From positions 16,090 through 80,089 of the forward strand of contig JACRJV010000027.1 of NCBI GenBank assembly GCA_016215325.1: a stretch of 64,000 bases of DNA, written 5' to 3'. How positions within the stretch are numbered: the first letter of the stretch is position 1; each line of letters starts with the position of its first letter. Shown here piece by piece: positions 35,064-45,364 of this stretch. Below the pieces are notes generated by a model. The model was not told where the DNA came from. It did not search any database and worked only from the letters and a program-made list of their open reading frames with translations. A program made the position numbers and the translations under genes. This DNA comes from Candidatus Uhrbacteria bacterium. Lineage in GTDB: Bacteria > Patescibacteriota > Patescibacteriia > JACRJV01.

Positions 35064-36158
35064 TTGGCTATGACCTACACCGTCAGTCAGTTCAACGCGG
35101 CGATTTCGAGCTATCTTTCCGAGGGCCTCGGCACTGTGTCGGTTCGGGGCGAAGTGGTGGACCTCAAGATCGCGAAGGATCGACTCGTGTTTTTTGATCT
35201 CAAAGATGCGGCCGCACGCGTGGGATGTTTTATGATGCGGTGGGAACTGCCGGAGGGCATCCGTGACGGCATGGAAGTTGAGATTGCGGCTCGCGCGGGA
35301 TTGTTCAAGCAGTCGGGTCGTTTCCATTTGCGCGTGATCACGGTGGTGCCGGTTGGCGACGGTGCGCTCGCGGCGGCCTTGCGTCAGCTCAAGGAAAAAT
35401 TGGAACGCGAAGGATTATTTGCGGCAGAGCGCAAGCGTCCGATCCCGCGCTTCCCACAGACCATTGGCATCGTCACTTCCGCCCAAGCGGCAGCATTCAC
35501 GGACATTGTACGCATCCTTAATAATCGATGGGGGAACATTTCGGTTGTCCTTTCTCCTGCAGCCGTCCAAGGGGCCGCGGCGGCCGCTGAAATCGTTTTG
35601 GCGTTAGAGCGGCTCAATAGCAGGCCGGACATCGATGTGATTATTGTGACGCGCGGTGGAGGAGCAGCGGAGGAACTGAATGCCTTTAATAGCGAATCCG
35701 TCGCACGGGCGATCTTTGCCAGCCGCGTGCCCGTGGTGAGTGCTGTCGGCCATGAGCGTGACACAACGATCGCCGACCTTGTGGCGGACCTTCGGGCGTC
35801 GACGCCATCCAATGCGGCAGAGCGCGTTGTGTGCGATCGCCGGGAAACCTTGGTACTGCTCGATCATTTCACCGAAGTCATGCATCAAGCGCTCCATCGA
35901 CAGGTTGAACGATCTCATCACACTCTCGAAACATTTGTGCGAACGGGAGAATTTTGGTTCGCTGGGTTGGTAGAGCGTTTGGAGCACGCGCGATCTCTGC
36001 TGGAGCACTTAAATCCTCAAGCGATTCTCCAGCGTGGATTTTCGATTACCAAAGACCATACCGGTGCCATTGTGCGCAGTGTAAAAGCAATCCATTGCGG
36101 CGATGTGATCCGCACGACTGTTTCGGATGGACAGATCGTGAGTGAGGTTATACGGTAA
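35064..36158 (+). CDS. xseA: Exodeoxyribonuclease VII large subunit
   Basis: N-terminal OB-fold plus catalytic domain; family-level sequence match. Confidence 0.85.
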   Translation: MAMTYTVSQFNAAISSYLSEGLGTVSVRGEVVDLKIAKDRLVFFDLKDAAARVGCFMMRWELPEGIRDGMEVEIAARAGLFKQSGRFHLRVITVVPVGDGALAAALRQLKEKLEREGLFAAERKRPIPRFPQTIGIVTSAQAAAFTDIVRILNNRWGNISVVLSPAAVQGAAAAAEIVLALERLNSRPDIDVIIVTRGGGAAEELNAFNSESVARAIFASRVPVVSAVGHERDTTIADLVADLRASTPSNAAERVVCDRRETLVLLDHFTEVMHQALHRQVERSHHTLETFVRTGEFWFAGLVERLEHARSLLEHLNPQAILQRGFSITKDHTGAIVRSVKAIHCGDVIRTTVSDGQIVSEVIR

Positions 36159-36186
36159 AAATTACGGCTTCCTCGCCTCTTTATCC

Positions 36187-36207
36187 CCCTGCCTACCGGC
36201 AGGCAGG
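36187..36207. repeat. Copy of the CCCTGCCTACCGGCAGGCAGG palindrome between xseA and xseB
   Basis: Same palindrome as at about 13281 and 23063, and inside the FemAB-like gene. Confidence 0.6.
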
Positions 36208-36228
36208 CGTATCTCTTATCTCCCGTGT

Positions 36229-36420
36229 ATGAAAACATTTCAACAACAATTCGAAGAGCTCGAGAACATTGTCCGCACGTTTGAATCCGGCGATGTCGAT
36301 CTTGATGTGGGGCTCAAGGAATTTGAGAAAGGGATGAAACTCGCTGGCGAGCTTAAAAAGAAACTTGACGGGGCAGAAGTGAAGTTGGAGACGCTCAAGA
36401 AAGAATACATCAAATCGTAA
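36229..36420 (+). CDS. xseB: Exodeoxyribonuclease VII small subunit
   Basis: MKTFQQQFEELENIVRTFESGDVDLD...; immediately downstream of xseA. Confidence 0.85.
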   Translation: MKTFQQQFEELENIVRTFESGDVDLDVGLKEFEKGMKLAGELKKKLDGAEVKLETLKKEYIKS

Positions 36421-36518
36421 TTTCCAATTTCCAATGAATTTTCATTGTCATTATTCTTAAATTGAATCATTGTAAATTCAATGAAAATTGTTACTTGAAA
36501 ATTGAAAATTATATCGGT
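36421..36518. repeat. AT-rich spacer element (TTTCCAATTTCCAATGAATTTTCATTG...AATTCAATGAAAATTG...TTGAAAATTGAAAAT) upstream of dnaE
   Basis: Contains the 16-nt palindrome CAATGAATTTTCATTG; shares ATTCAATGAAAATT with the 56017 spacer. Confidence 0.6.
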
Positions 36519-39500
36519 ATGTCGTTTGTTCATTTGCATGTCCACTCCCATTATTCGTTGCTCGACGGCCTGGGCAAAATCCCTGACCTGGTCGCGGCAG
36601 CAAAAGCCCAAGGCGCAACAGCGCTTGCGCTTACGGATCATGGCACATTATACGGAGCGGTGGAGTTTTATCAGGAATGCTTGCGTGCCGGGATCAAGCC
36701 GATTATCGGGATGGAAGCGTACGTCGCCGTCGGCAGCCGCCACGATAAGCGCAGCCGCGTGGATAATGATTATACGCACCTCGTGTTATTGGCAGAGAAT
36801 AATACTGGATATCAGAATTTACTCAAGCTCACAACGTTGGGCCACATCGAGGGATATTATTATAAACCTCGTATTGATTGGGAGTTATTGCAGCAATTTC
36901 ACGAGGGCCTCATCGCGCTCTCCGGTTGCTTGCGCGGCGCCGTGTCCAGAGAGATATTGTCCGGCAGCGGTGACGAGCGGGCGGCGTTTATTATCCGCCA
37001 GTATCAAACGGTATTCGGGGCAGAGAACTATTTCCTCGAAATTCAGCATCGCCCGAGTCTGCCAGATCAGGCGCGGGTCAATGCAGCTCTCGTGCGCCTC
37101 TGCCAAGCCACGGGCGCTGGGCTGGTGGCCACCAACGACGCGCATTATATCAACCCGGATGATGCGGACGCTCAAGATGTATTACTGTGTTTGCAGACCA
37201 AATCCAAGCGCGATGACCCAAAACGGCTCAACATGATGGGAGAAAATCTATCGCTGATCGCACCGGAGACGATGATCCAGTTATTTTTATATGCCCCGGA
37301 CGCGATCGCCAACACCGCGAAGATTGCCGACCGGTGTTCGGTAGAGATCCCCTTGGGCAAGGTGATCCTGCCCGAGTTTGCCGTTGCGGGGGGCGCAAAC
37401 GCCATGGAGGAACTGGAACGACTCTGTCACGATGGGCTGGGGCGCATGTACGGGCAGGCTCCGGCCACGGACGTCGTCGAACGTTTGCAGTACGAATTAT
37501 CGGTGATCGCAAAGACCGGATTTGCATCGTATTTTTTGATCGTTGCGGATTTTGTCAATTGGGCCAAGCGCCACGGGATCATGGTGGGTCCGGGCCGCGG
37601 CAGCGCAGCGGGGTCGCTGGTGAGTTTTTTATTGAACATCACCAGCGTCGACCCGGTGCGGTACAAATTGTTTTTTGAACGGTTTTTGAATCCGGAACGC
37701 ATCAGCATGCCGGATATTGATTTGGATTTTGCCGACCGCCGGCGCGATGAAGTCATCCACTATGTGGAGCAAAAGTACGGCAAAGATCACGTGGCGCAGA
37801 TTATTACCTTTGGGACCATGGCAGCGCGGGCGAGTATTCGGGACTGCGGACGGGTACTCGGGATGAGTTACTCATTTTGCGATACGCTGGCCAAGCTCAT
37901 CCCAATGGGGTTGAGTTTGCACGAGGCCGTGGATCAAGTGCCAGAGCTCAAAGAATTAATCAAAAAAGACGAGCAGGCAAACGTGGTTATTGCCACTGCT
38001 CAAAAAGTCGAGAATGTGGCGCGCCACAGTTCTACGCACGCTTGCGGCGTGGTGATTACCGATAAGCCCCTAGTGGAGTACACGCCGATTCAATTTGCCT
38101 CCAGTTCGGACCAAACGATTATCACGCAATATGGACTCCATAGCATCGAGGCGCTGGGGTTGCTTAAAATGGATTTTTTGGGGCTCAAGAACCTCACCAT
38201 TCTCGAGGATGCCCTCGCCATCATCCAGCACACCCGATCGGTTACGGTTGATCTTGCGTCCATCCCGCTCGACGACGTCAAGGCCTTTACGCTGCTGCAG
38301 TGCGGGGATACCACCGGCGTCTTCCAACTCGAATCCAGTGGCATGAAGCGCTACTTGAAAGAATTAAAGCCAACCGGGCTGGAAGATATCATCGCCATGG
38401 TCGCTCTGTATCGGCCGGGCCCCATGGAGCTTATCCCGGATTTTATCGCGAGCAAACACGGGACAAAGCGCATTGAGTATTTGCATCCTAAGTTGCAACC
38501 GATCTTGGATTATACGTATGGCATCGCCGTATACCAGGAGCAGGTACTGCAAATTGCCCGAGATATTGCGGGGTTTACACTTGGCGAGGCGGACGTCTTA
38601 CGCAAAGCCATCGGCAAGAAAATCAAAACACTTCTGATGGAGCAGCGAGAAAAATTTATCGTTGGCGCAATCAAGCAAGGCGTTGAGCGCAGTATTGCGG
38701 AGCGGCTCTTTGACTTTACCGAACCGTTTGCGCGGTATGGATTCAATCGGGCGCATGCCACCTGTTACGGCTTCATTGCGTATCAAACGGCGTACCTTAA
38801 AGCCAACTATCCCGTGGAGTTTATGGCGGCCCTGCTCAAAAGCGAAGTGGGAGATGTTGAACGGATCGCGGTGCTGGTCGGGGAATGCAAAGGGATGGGG
38901 ATCCGCGTGCTAGCGCCCGATATCAACGAAAGTTTTGAGAGCTTTACCGTGGCGTCCGAAGACGCCACCGGAGCCTCGGTCATTCGGTTTGGTTTGGCCG
39001 CAGTAAAGAATGTGGGCGAAGGGATTGTGGATCGGATCGTCAGCGAGCGCAAAACCAACGGGCCATTCACGAGTTTAGAAAATTTTCTCTTGCGCGTGGG
39101 CAGCGAAGTGCTCAATAAAAAATCTCTGGAGAGTTTTGTAAAGTGTGGGGCGTTGGATCGATTTGGTGATCGATCGCAATTGGCAGGCAATATTGAGAAA
39201 ATGTTAAAATTCGCGCGATCGGCATCCAGCGGCCAAGAACAATCTGCTCAGTCATCCCTCCTTTCGATGATGGGAGCAAGCGTCGCCCCTCGCGTCATGG
39301 CCCTGGATCCCATAGCCCCAGAGCGTCCAGAGACATTGTTGTGCTGGGAAAAAGAATTACTGGGACTCTATGTATCCGAGCATCCGCTGACCGCATTTTC
39401 GGCCCAGTTGTCAATTATCAGCATCCCGATTTCAACGGTGAAGAACTTTGAAGAACGCCAGGAGGCGGTGGTGGGTGGGCTGGTACTATCCATCAAAAGC

Positions 39501-39779
39501 ATTTACACAAAGAAAGGAGAGAAGATGCTCTTTGCAAAAGTAGAGGATCCGCAGGACTCGATCGAAGTGATTGTATTTCCTGAAACATTCCAAAAAACGG
39601 CTGGTCTCTGGGCCGAGGGAGGATTAGTGCTGCTCAAGGGTACCGTGACGCAGCGCGGGGGGGCCGCTCAGATCGTCTGTTCAAAAGCCATCGCGCTCAC
39701 ACCGGAACGCATTCAAGAATTAATTGCGGCTATGCCAAAACGTCCGACTCCCGCCGTTGCAGCAACAGCCTCCCAATGA
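36519..39779 (+). CDS. dnaE: DNA polymerase III alpha subunit
   Basis: PHP domain HLHVHSHYSLLDG; polymerase core; 1086 aa. Confidence 0.92.
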   Translation: MSFVHLHVHSHYSLLDGLGKIPDLVAAAKAQGATALALTDHGTLYGAVEFYQECLRAGIKPIIGMEAYVAVGSRHDKRSRVDNDYTHLVLLAENNTGYQNLLKLTTLGHIEGYYYKPRIDWELLQQFHEGLIALSGCLRGAVSREILSGSGDERAAFIIRQYQTVFGAENYFLEIQHRPSLPDQARVNAALVRLCQATGAGLVATNDAHYINPDDADAQDVLLCLQTKSKRDDPKRLNMMGENLSLIAPETMIQLFLYAPDAIANTAKIADRCSVEIPLGKVILPEFAVAGGANAMEELERLCHDGLGRMYGQAPATDVVERLQYELSVIAKTGFASYFLIVADFVNWAKRHGIMVGPGRGSAAGSLVSFLLNITSVDPVRYKLFFERFLNPERISMPDIDLDFADRRRDEVIHYVEQKYGKDHVAQIITFGTMAARASIRDCGRVLGMSYSFCDTLAKLIPMGLSLHEAVDQVPELKELIKKDEQANVVIATAQKVENVARHSSTHACGVVITDKPLVEYTPIQFASSSDQTIITQYGLHSIEALGLLKMDFLGLKNLTILEDALAIIQHTRSVTVDLASIPLDDVKAFTLLQCGDTTGVFQLESSGMKRYLKELKPTGLEDIIAMVALYRPGPMELIPDFIASKHGTKRIEYLHPKLQPILDYTYGIAVYQEQVLQIARDIAGFTLGEADVLRKAIGKKIKTLLMEQREKFIVGAIKQGVERSIAERLFDFTEPFARYGFNRAHATCYGFIAYQTAYLKANYPVEFMAALLKSEVGDVERIAVLVGECKGMGIRVLAPDINESFESFTVASEDATGASVIRFGLAAVKNVGEGIVDRIVSERKTNGPFTSLENFLLRVGSEVLNKKSLESFVKCGALDRFGDRSQLAGNIEKMLKFARSASSGQEQSAQSSLLSMMGASVAPRVMALDPIAPERPETLLCWEKELLGLYVSEHPLTAFSAQLSIISIPISTVKNFEERQEAVVGGLVLSIKSIYTKKGEKMLFAKVEDPQDSIEVIVFPETFQKTAGLWAEGGLVLLKGTVTQRGGAAQIVCSKAIALTPERIQELIAAMPKRPTPAVAATASQ

Positions 39780-39834
39780 TATAGTAAGTCCATCCGCCCT
39801 GCGGCGTTCATTGGAAATTAGAAATTTCGTATCT

Positions 39835-40971
39835 ATGGCCCACGATCTTCCCCCCATTGCACTCTACCGACGGATCGCCGTTGGTTTGCTGGTATCGGTC
39901 GGTGTCGTCTTTCTTTCGATTTTGTACATCGCCATGGTGCGCGCAACCATATCGATTACGCTCAAGAAGCAATCATTCCCACTGAACCAATCTTTTGCGG
40001 TCAGCAGCCGCGTTCCAGCTCCGACGGCCTCGAGTACAACCATCCCGGGGCAAGTCACGGTCGTTGAGCGCTCCGCAACACGGGAGGTGGCGGCCACGAG
40101 CCTTACGCTGCAGGAAGGCAAGGCAGAAGGGGTTGTCACCATTACCAATCGGACCACCCGGGCGCAACCGTTAGTGCCGACTACGCGCCTATTGTCGCCA
40201 CAGGGGGTATTATTCCGGACCACGGAATTTGTCACGGTCCCCGGAGGCGGCGCGGTCGATGTCCACGTTGTTGCGGATCAGCCAGGCAGTGCCGGGGATA
40301 TTGGTCCGACCACCTTCATCTTGCCGGGGCTTTGGAAGGGGGCGCAAGAGCAAATCACGGGGGCGAATGCAAAGCCGATGAGCGGGGGGAAGAAGACCGC
40401 GACCAGTTTGAGCGCAGAGTCCCAAAAAGATGTGGAAGAGCAAGAGTCGGCAGCGATAAAAGAAGCAGTGCTCAATGAATACCGATCAAAACTCGCCAAC
40501 GCATCAGACGTGGTGATCGCTGCGGTGTCCCGGAAGAGTTCGACCATCGAGCCTGCAACTCCCGCGACCGTCCGTGTTGTCGTCAAAACGAGCATCGTGG
40601 TCGCGCAATTTAACCCGCAGCCGTTGGAGGAACCGCTCAAGGCATCGTTAAGCCAGGCGATCCCGAGCCCCTACGTCTTCGGCGGGTTGGATCAGTCGAA
40701 GGCATTCGAATACACACTCAAGCAGTTTGATGCAAAATCCAAGACCGCGCAGTTTGTGATCCATGCGTTTGCTTGGGCAGCGGTTTCGGGGGATGCGCTT
40801 CCGATTTCAAAAGATCAGTTCCTGGGGATGCGAGTTTCGGATGTATCGGCATTTGCGGCGAACATCAAAGATATTGAATCAATCCATGTCCAAACCTCAC
40901 CGTTTTGGCTGCGCACGATTCCCAAGCGCGCCGACCGCGTCACGCTGGATGTGGTCAGCCCAACCGAGTAG
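39835..40971 (+). CDS. Hypothetical protein with an N-terminal membrane anchor
   Basis: TM helix near the N-terminus; no recognised domain. Confidence 0.5.
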   Translation: MAHDLPPIALYRRIAVGLLVSVGVVFLSILYIAMVRATISITLKKQSFPLNQSFAVSSRVPAPTASSTTIPGQVTVVERSATREVAATSLTLQEGKAEGVVTITNRTTRAQPLVPTTRLLSPQGVLFRTTEFVTVPGGGAVDVHVVADQPGSAGDIGPTTFILPGLWKGAQEQITGANAKPMSGGKKTATSLSAESQKDVEEQESAAIKEAVLNEYRSKLANASDVVIAAVSRKSSTIEPATPATVRVVVKTSIVVAQFNPQPLEEPLKASLSQAIPSPYVFGGLDQSKAFEYTLKQFDAKSKTAQFVIHAFAWAAVSGDALPISKDQFLGMRVSDVSAFAANIKDIESIHVQTSPFWLRTIPKRADRVTLDVVSPTE

Positions 40972-41081
40972 TCCTTAAATTTCCAATATCTAATATCCAA
41001 TTTCCAATAAAATGTCCAATGCTCGAATGACAGAATAATTTGTTTATTCCGACATGTAGCATTGGATTTTTATTAGAAATT
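40972..41081. repeat. AT-rich spacer element (AAATTTCCAATATCTAATATCCAATTTCCAAT...) upstream of thrS
   Basis: Member of the GGAAATTGG/TTCCAATTT family. Confidence 0.55.
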
Positions 41082-42857
41082 ATGTCCAACCTCGATCATC
41101 TCCAGTCTATTCGTCATACGCTCGTGCACCTCTTGGCCGCGAGTGTAATTGAATTATACCCCGGAGCCCAAAACGCCATCGGCCCGGCTATTGAAGATGG
41201 ATTTTACCAAGATTTTTATATTCCAGTCGCAATCTCCGATAAAGACCTTGAAGCGATCGAGAAGAAGATGCGCGGCAAATTGAAAGTTTGGCAGAAGCTC
41301 AAGACGTCGGAAATGAAGACGGTCACCGTCGAACAAGCGCGAAAAGAATTTTCCTGGAATCAGTATAAATCAGAACTCATCAACGATTTTTCTAAGGAGA
41401 GCAAGGAAATTACCTTCTCGCTTACCGGGGATTTTCTCGACCTGTGCAAAGGCGGACACGCCCAAGATCTCTCCGAAATTAAACTCGATGCCTTCAAACT
41501 GGATCGGGTTGCGGGTGCGTATTGGAAAGGGGACGAACATAATATCATGCTTACACGCATCTACGGGCTCGCGTTCTTTACAAAAGAAGAATTAAAGGCG
41601 TTCCTCGCGCGGAGAGAGGAAGCCAAAAAACGCGATCATCGGAAAATTGCCCACGAGCAAGACTTGCTCATTTTTTCGGACTTGGTAGGGTCGGGAATGC
41701 CGCTCTATACGCCGCGCGGCAATGTCATCCGCAACGCTATCATTGGGTACTCCCGTGAACTGAATGCGCGGCTGGGGTTTGGCGAGGTCCACACCCCCAA
41801 TATCAACAAGGCGGAGTTGTTTAAGATTTCCGGGCACTATGATCTCTACAAGGCAGACATGCTGTCGGTCAAAAGCCAGTATGTGAGCGATGAGATGTTC
41901 TTAAAGCCCATGAATTGTCCGCAGCACACCCAGATTTACGCTTCCCGCCCTCGCAGTTACCGCGATCTGCCGATTCGTTTTGCGGATTTTGCGAACCTTT
42001 ATCGCGACGAGCAGCCGGGGCAACTGTCAGGGCTTACCCGATTACGATCGTTTGCCCAGGATGACGGGCATATCTTCTGTCGCCAGGATCAAATCGAAGA
42101 AGAGATCAGTAATATCCTTTCGGCGATTCAAGAAGCTCTTTCAACCTATAAAATTGGATACCGCATGCGGTTTTCGCTGCGCGACCCGGATAATTCGGCA
42201 AAATATTTAGGCAGCGACGACGTATGGGAGCATTCACAGGACATCATGCGTAAGTTGCTCCAATCCAAGGGCGTTGATTTTTGGCAAGCAGAAGGGGAAG
42301 CCGCGTTTTATGGTCCCAAGATTGATATTATGGCCGTTGATGCGCTGCAGAGGCAGTGGCAGATCTCCACGATCCAGCTCGACTTCAACATGCCGTCGCG
42401 TTTCAGGCTCACCTATACGGCCAGCGATGGCACAGAACAAACACCGGTGATGATCCACCGGGCGCTCATTGGCTCACCCGATCGGTTTTTAGGCGTTCTG
42501 ATTGAACACTATGCGGGCGCATTCCCGGTATGGATGGCCCCGGTGCAAGTTGCGGTGATCCCGGTGGGAGAAGACTTTATTCAGGCGAGCCAGACGCTTG
42601 CCAAAGAATTTGCGGGTGCTCGCATTCGCTGCGAGGTGCGCGATGAGAATGAAAGCGTCGGATACAAAATCCGGACAACAGCCAAAGAAAAAATACCCTA
42701 TGTCATCGTGATCGGAGAGCGTGAAGCACCGAAGGTCGGGACGTGGAAAAAATCGAGCACTTTGTCTGTGCGCGTGCGCGGGAAGGAAGAATTGCTTTCG
42801 ATTTCTCTCGGAGACTTCTTGAAACACATCCAGCAAGAGATACAAGAACGCAAATAA
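41082..42857 (+). CDS. thrS: Threonyl-tRNA synthetase lacking the N-terminal TGS domain
   Basis: Editing domain HLLAASVIELYPG...AIGP, class II core, anticodon-binding domain; 591 aa. Confidence 0.9.
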   Translation: MSNLDHLQSIRHTLVHLLAASVIELYPGAQNAIGPAIEDGFYQDFYIPVAISDKDLEAIEKKMRGKLKVWQKLKTSEMKTVTVEQARKEFSWNQYKSELINDFSKESKEITFSLTGDFLDLCKGGHAQDLSEIKLDAFKLDRVAGAYWKGDEHNIMLTRIYGLAFFTKEELKAFLARREEAKKRDHRKIAHEQDLLIFSDLVGSGMPLYTPRGNVIRNAIIGYSRELNARLGFGEVHTPNINKAELFKISGHYDLYKADMLSVKSQYVSDEMFLKPMNCPQHTQIYASRPRSYRDLPIRFADFANLYRDEQPGQLSGLTRLRSFAQDDGHIFCRQDQIEEEISNILSAIQEALSTYKIGYRMRFSLRDPDNSAKYLGSDDVWEHSQDIMRKLLQSKGVDFWQAEGEAAFYGPKIDIMAVDALQRQWQISTIQLDFNMPSRFRLTYTASDGTEQTPVMIHRALIGSPDRFLGVLIEHYAGAFPVWMAPVQVAVIPVGEDFIQASQTLAKEFAGARIRCEVRDENESVGYKIRTTAKEKIPYVIVIGEREAPKVGTWKKSSTLSVRVRGKEELLSISLGDFLKHIQQEIQERK

Positions 42858-42860
42858 CGT

Positions 42861-44042
42861 ATGCCTCGTTTGCCGGCATCCACAAAACGACGGGCCCTCC
42901 ACCGGATCCACCTGCTGATTTTTTTGTATTCTCTCGGCATCGCTCTTTCCACGTACGTTGGGTCCTCCTATCTTCAAGGCGTTGTGGGCACCGGGGCGGT
43001 AGAATCGATCTATATCGCATCGGCCGCGTTTACGATTATTGGCATGGTGTTGCTCCCGGCGTTCGTCCACCGCGTTGGCAAGCGGATGGGGTTTAGCGTG
43101 ATCGCGGTGTTGTTGTTCGCCTCGTCCATTCTGCTGTCCATGGTGGCTTTGCCGGTGATCGCGGTGCTTTCCTTCACACTCTATACCGCTGCGACTTGGA
43201 TGGTGTTGTTGGGGTTTGACGTGGCGCTTGAGCAGTATTCCTCCGATGGCAATACCGGGCGATTGCGCGGGTGGTATCTGACGATCATGAACGCCGGATG
43301 GGTTGTGGCGCCGCTGGTCATGGGCAGCATTGGCCAACGGTTTGGGATCCAGTGGGTGTTCGCCGCATCCGCAGTCGCGTTTCTGCCCATGAGCCTGTTG
43401 TTCCCCACAATGTTTCGTTCTTCCGACGACCGATCGTTCCATCATCACGAACACCTCCGCGACGCCCTACGGCGCATCATCCAGATCGATGGGCTTTGGA
43501 AAGTGACGCTCGTTGCGTTTGCGCTCCAATTTTTTTATGCATGGATGGTAATCTATGCGCCCCTCTATTTGCATGACACAATCGGATTTTCGTGGGGGAT
43601 GATCGGGTGGATGTTTTCTATTATGCTGATTCCGTTTGTCCTCACCGAATATCCTGCAGGAGTCATTGCGGACCGTTGGTGGGGAGAAAAAGAATTAATG
43701 ATCGTTGGTTTTGTCGTGATGGCGGTTGCGAGCATTGTTTTTGGGGTGATGAGCCCATCCGCATCGTGGCTTGCGTTTGCCGGAGTATTATTTTGTTCGC
43801 GCGTTGGCGCGAGTATTGTCGAGAGCATGCGCGATACGTATTTCTACAAACACGTGGACTCGGACGATATTGCCATCATCAGCGTATTCCACATGGTATG
43901 GATCCTCCCTTATGTCATCGCGCCGGTGTTGGGGGCAGCGATGCTCACCACGGTGGGGTATGCAGACCTGTTTGTCATGCTGGGGGGCTTGCTGGTAATA
44001 CTATCGGGGGCGGCCCTGTATCGGTTGTCGGACACCAAGTGA
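42861..44042 (+). CDS. MFS transporter
   Basis: About 12 predicted transmembrane helices; MFS-like pattern. Confidence 0.75.
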   Translation: MPRLPASTKRRALHRIHLLIFLYSLGIALSTYVGSSYLQGVVGTGAVESIYIASAAFTIIGMVLLPAFVHRVGKRMGFSVIAVLLFASSILLSMVALPVIAVLSFTLYTAATWMVLLGFDVALEQYSSDGNTGRLRGWYLTIMNAGWVVAPLVMGSIGQRFGIQWVFAASAVAFLPMSLLFPTMFRSSDDRSFHHHEHLRDALRRIIQIDGLWKVTLVAFALQFFYAWMVIYAPLYLHDTIGFSWGMIGWMFSIMLIPFVLTEYPAGVIADRWWGEKELMIVGFVVMAVASIVFGVMSPSASWLAFAGVLFCSRVGASIVESMRDTYFYKHVDSDDIAIISVFHMVWILPYVIAPVLGAAMLTTVGYADLFVMLGGLLVILSGAALYRLSDTK

Positions 44043-44123
44043 TTGGGGATAATTGGTATTGATAAAATAGTCTGAATATGATATAATAATAGAGTAAAAA
44101 TACAAAATAAACATCAATGAGTT

Positions 44124-45020
44124 ATGGAACCGCAACAACGCAGAATTCAACTGCGGAGATCGCATATCATCGCAATCTTACTCGCTGGTTTTGGCGGGTT
44201 TTTTGTTGCGCAAAAATTGACCGCTCCCACCCAATCGCGCACCCAAGCGCAGATTCAATTACAGCAGTCGGCAGCGGCGCGACCACAGGCTGCATCCGTC
44301 TCTGCCGAGGGGGAGAAGACGATCCGAGAGCGTCTGCGCGCGGTGCTGGCAGCGCTGCGCACGCAGGCGCAGCGAACGGAAGCAGAATCGGACACTCAAT
44401 TTTCTCTTGGGCTGTCGCAACAGAAACGGGCGGTCGTTCCAGCAGTTGAGCAGCCGAGCACTGTCGCCCAACCGAGTGCCTCGTTATTGCCGACCGCTGC
44501 GCCGACCGCTGTCCCAGCGGCTGCGGCAACGCTTTCCCCATTCATTCCATCGACTAAAGTTTCTATCACAGGGGTTGCGCGTATTCGTGTGGAGGATGTT
44601 CGCCTGGATGCGTCCGTCGATTCCCAAAATCGGAAGTCACTCACCGTCCAAATGCGTGCGCGCAACACCGGCACGGCGGCTTCGATCGCCAATACGCCGA
44701 TCAAATTGTTTATGACCATGGCCAGCGGGAACTCTCTGCTATTAGGCGAGCAGCTCGTCCCTCCGTTAGAACCCGGCGCGAGCGTTGAAAGGAAAGCAAC
44801 CTATCAGTGCCCGGAATCCGGGACAGCGCAAGTGTGTATCACGATCCCACCAGAATTTTCAGTTGCCTCGACAGGATCATCCCCAACGACCGTCTGTACT
44901 ACTGTAACAGTTCCAGAGTTGGCTGCTCCGGCGGCGTCTTCGACGGCACCGGCAGCAACGGGTACCACCGCAGGCACTGGTAGTGCAACTTCGAACGCTG
45001 ATTGCCTCTGTCACCGTTGA
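44124..45020 (+). CDS. Hypothetical membrane-anchored Ala/Thr/Pro-rich protein (GC-rich segment C)
   Basis: N-terminal TM helix, low-complexity A/T/P-rich regions; GC about 60%. Confidence 0.5.
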   Translation: MEPQQRRIQLRRSHIIAILLAGFGGFFVAQKLTAPTQSRTQAQIQLQQSAAARPQAASVSAEGEKTIRERLRAVLAALRTQAQRTEAESDTQFSLGLSQQKRAVVPAVEQPSTVAQPSASLLPTAAPTAVPAAAATLSPFIPSTKVSITGVARIRVEDVRLDASVDSQNRKSLTVQMRARNTGTAASIANTPIKLFMTMASGNSLLLGEQLVPPLEPGASVERKATYQCPESGTAQVCITIPPEFSVASTGSSPTTVCTTVTVPELAAPAASSTAPAATGTTAGTGSATSNADCLCHR

Positions 45021-45364
45021 TACTCGGTTCGACAGTAAATAATAGTGATGGGCCCTCATCGGAAACGATGGGGGTCTGGCGTTGTGGGCGGAAGCGTAGA
45101 CACGACCGCGGTATTCTTTTGCCTGGCTGCGGAATTCAGCTCCTCCGATTGCGATCGGAGGACCATCCCGACACGCATCAACAGCAATCTTTCCTCAGCA
45201 TGTCGGGATTGCCTCAAACAGTCCTCGCTATCAGCAAAAGAATATCACGGTCGTGTCTATCGTTTAGTAGATAAGAAAGTTGAGTTTTGTGGTTGGGTAT
45301 GGTAGGGTCGTAGCCAGAGGAAACGCGATGCCTGCGAGACCTCTCGAACGTGCGGAGGTGCACG

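Noticed and set aside
42489-43454. Long minus-strand ORF (321 aa, His/Arg/Gln-rich) antisense to thrS and the MFS gene
   Set aside because: Low-complexity composition and full overlap with two strongly supported genes; it is a spurious antisense ORF. The same applies to 33853-34869 (antisense to fusA) and the other short overlapping ORFs in the track.
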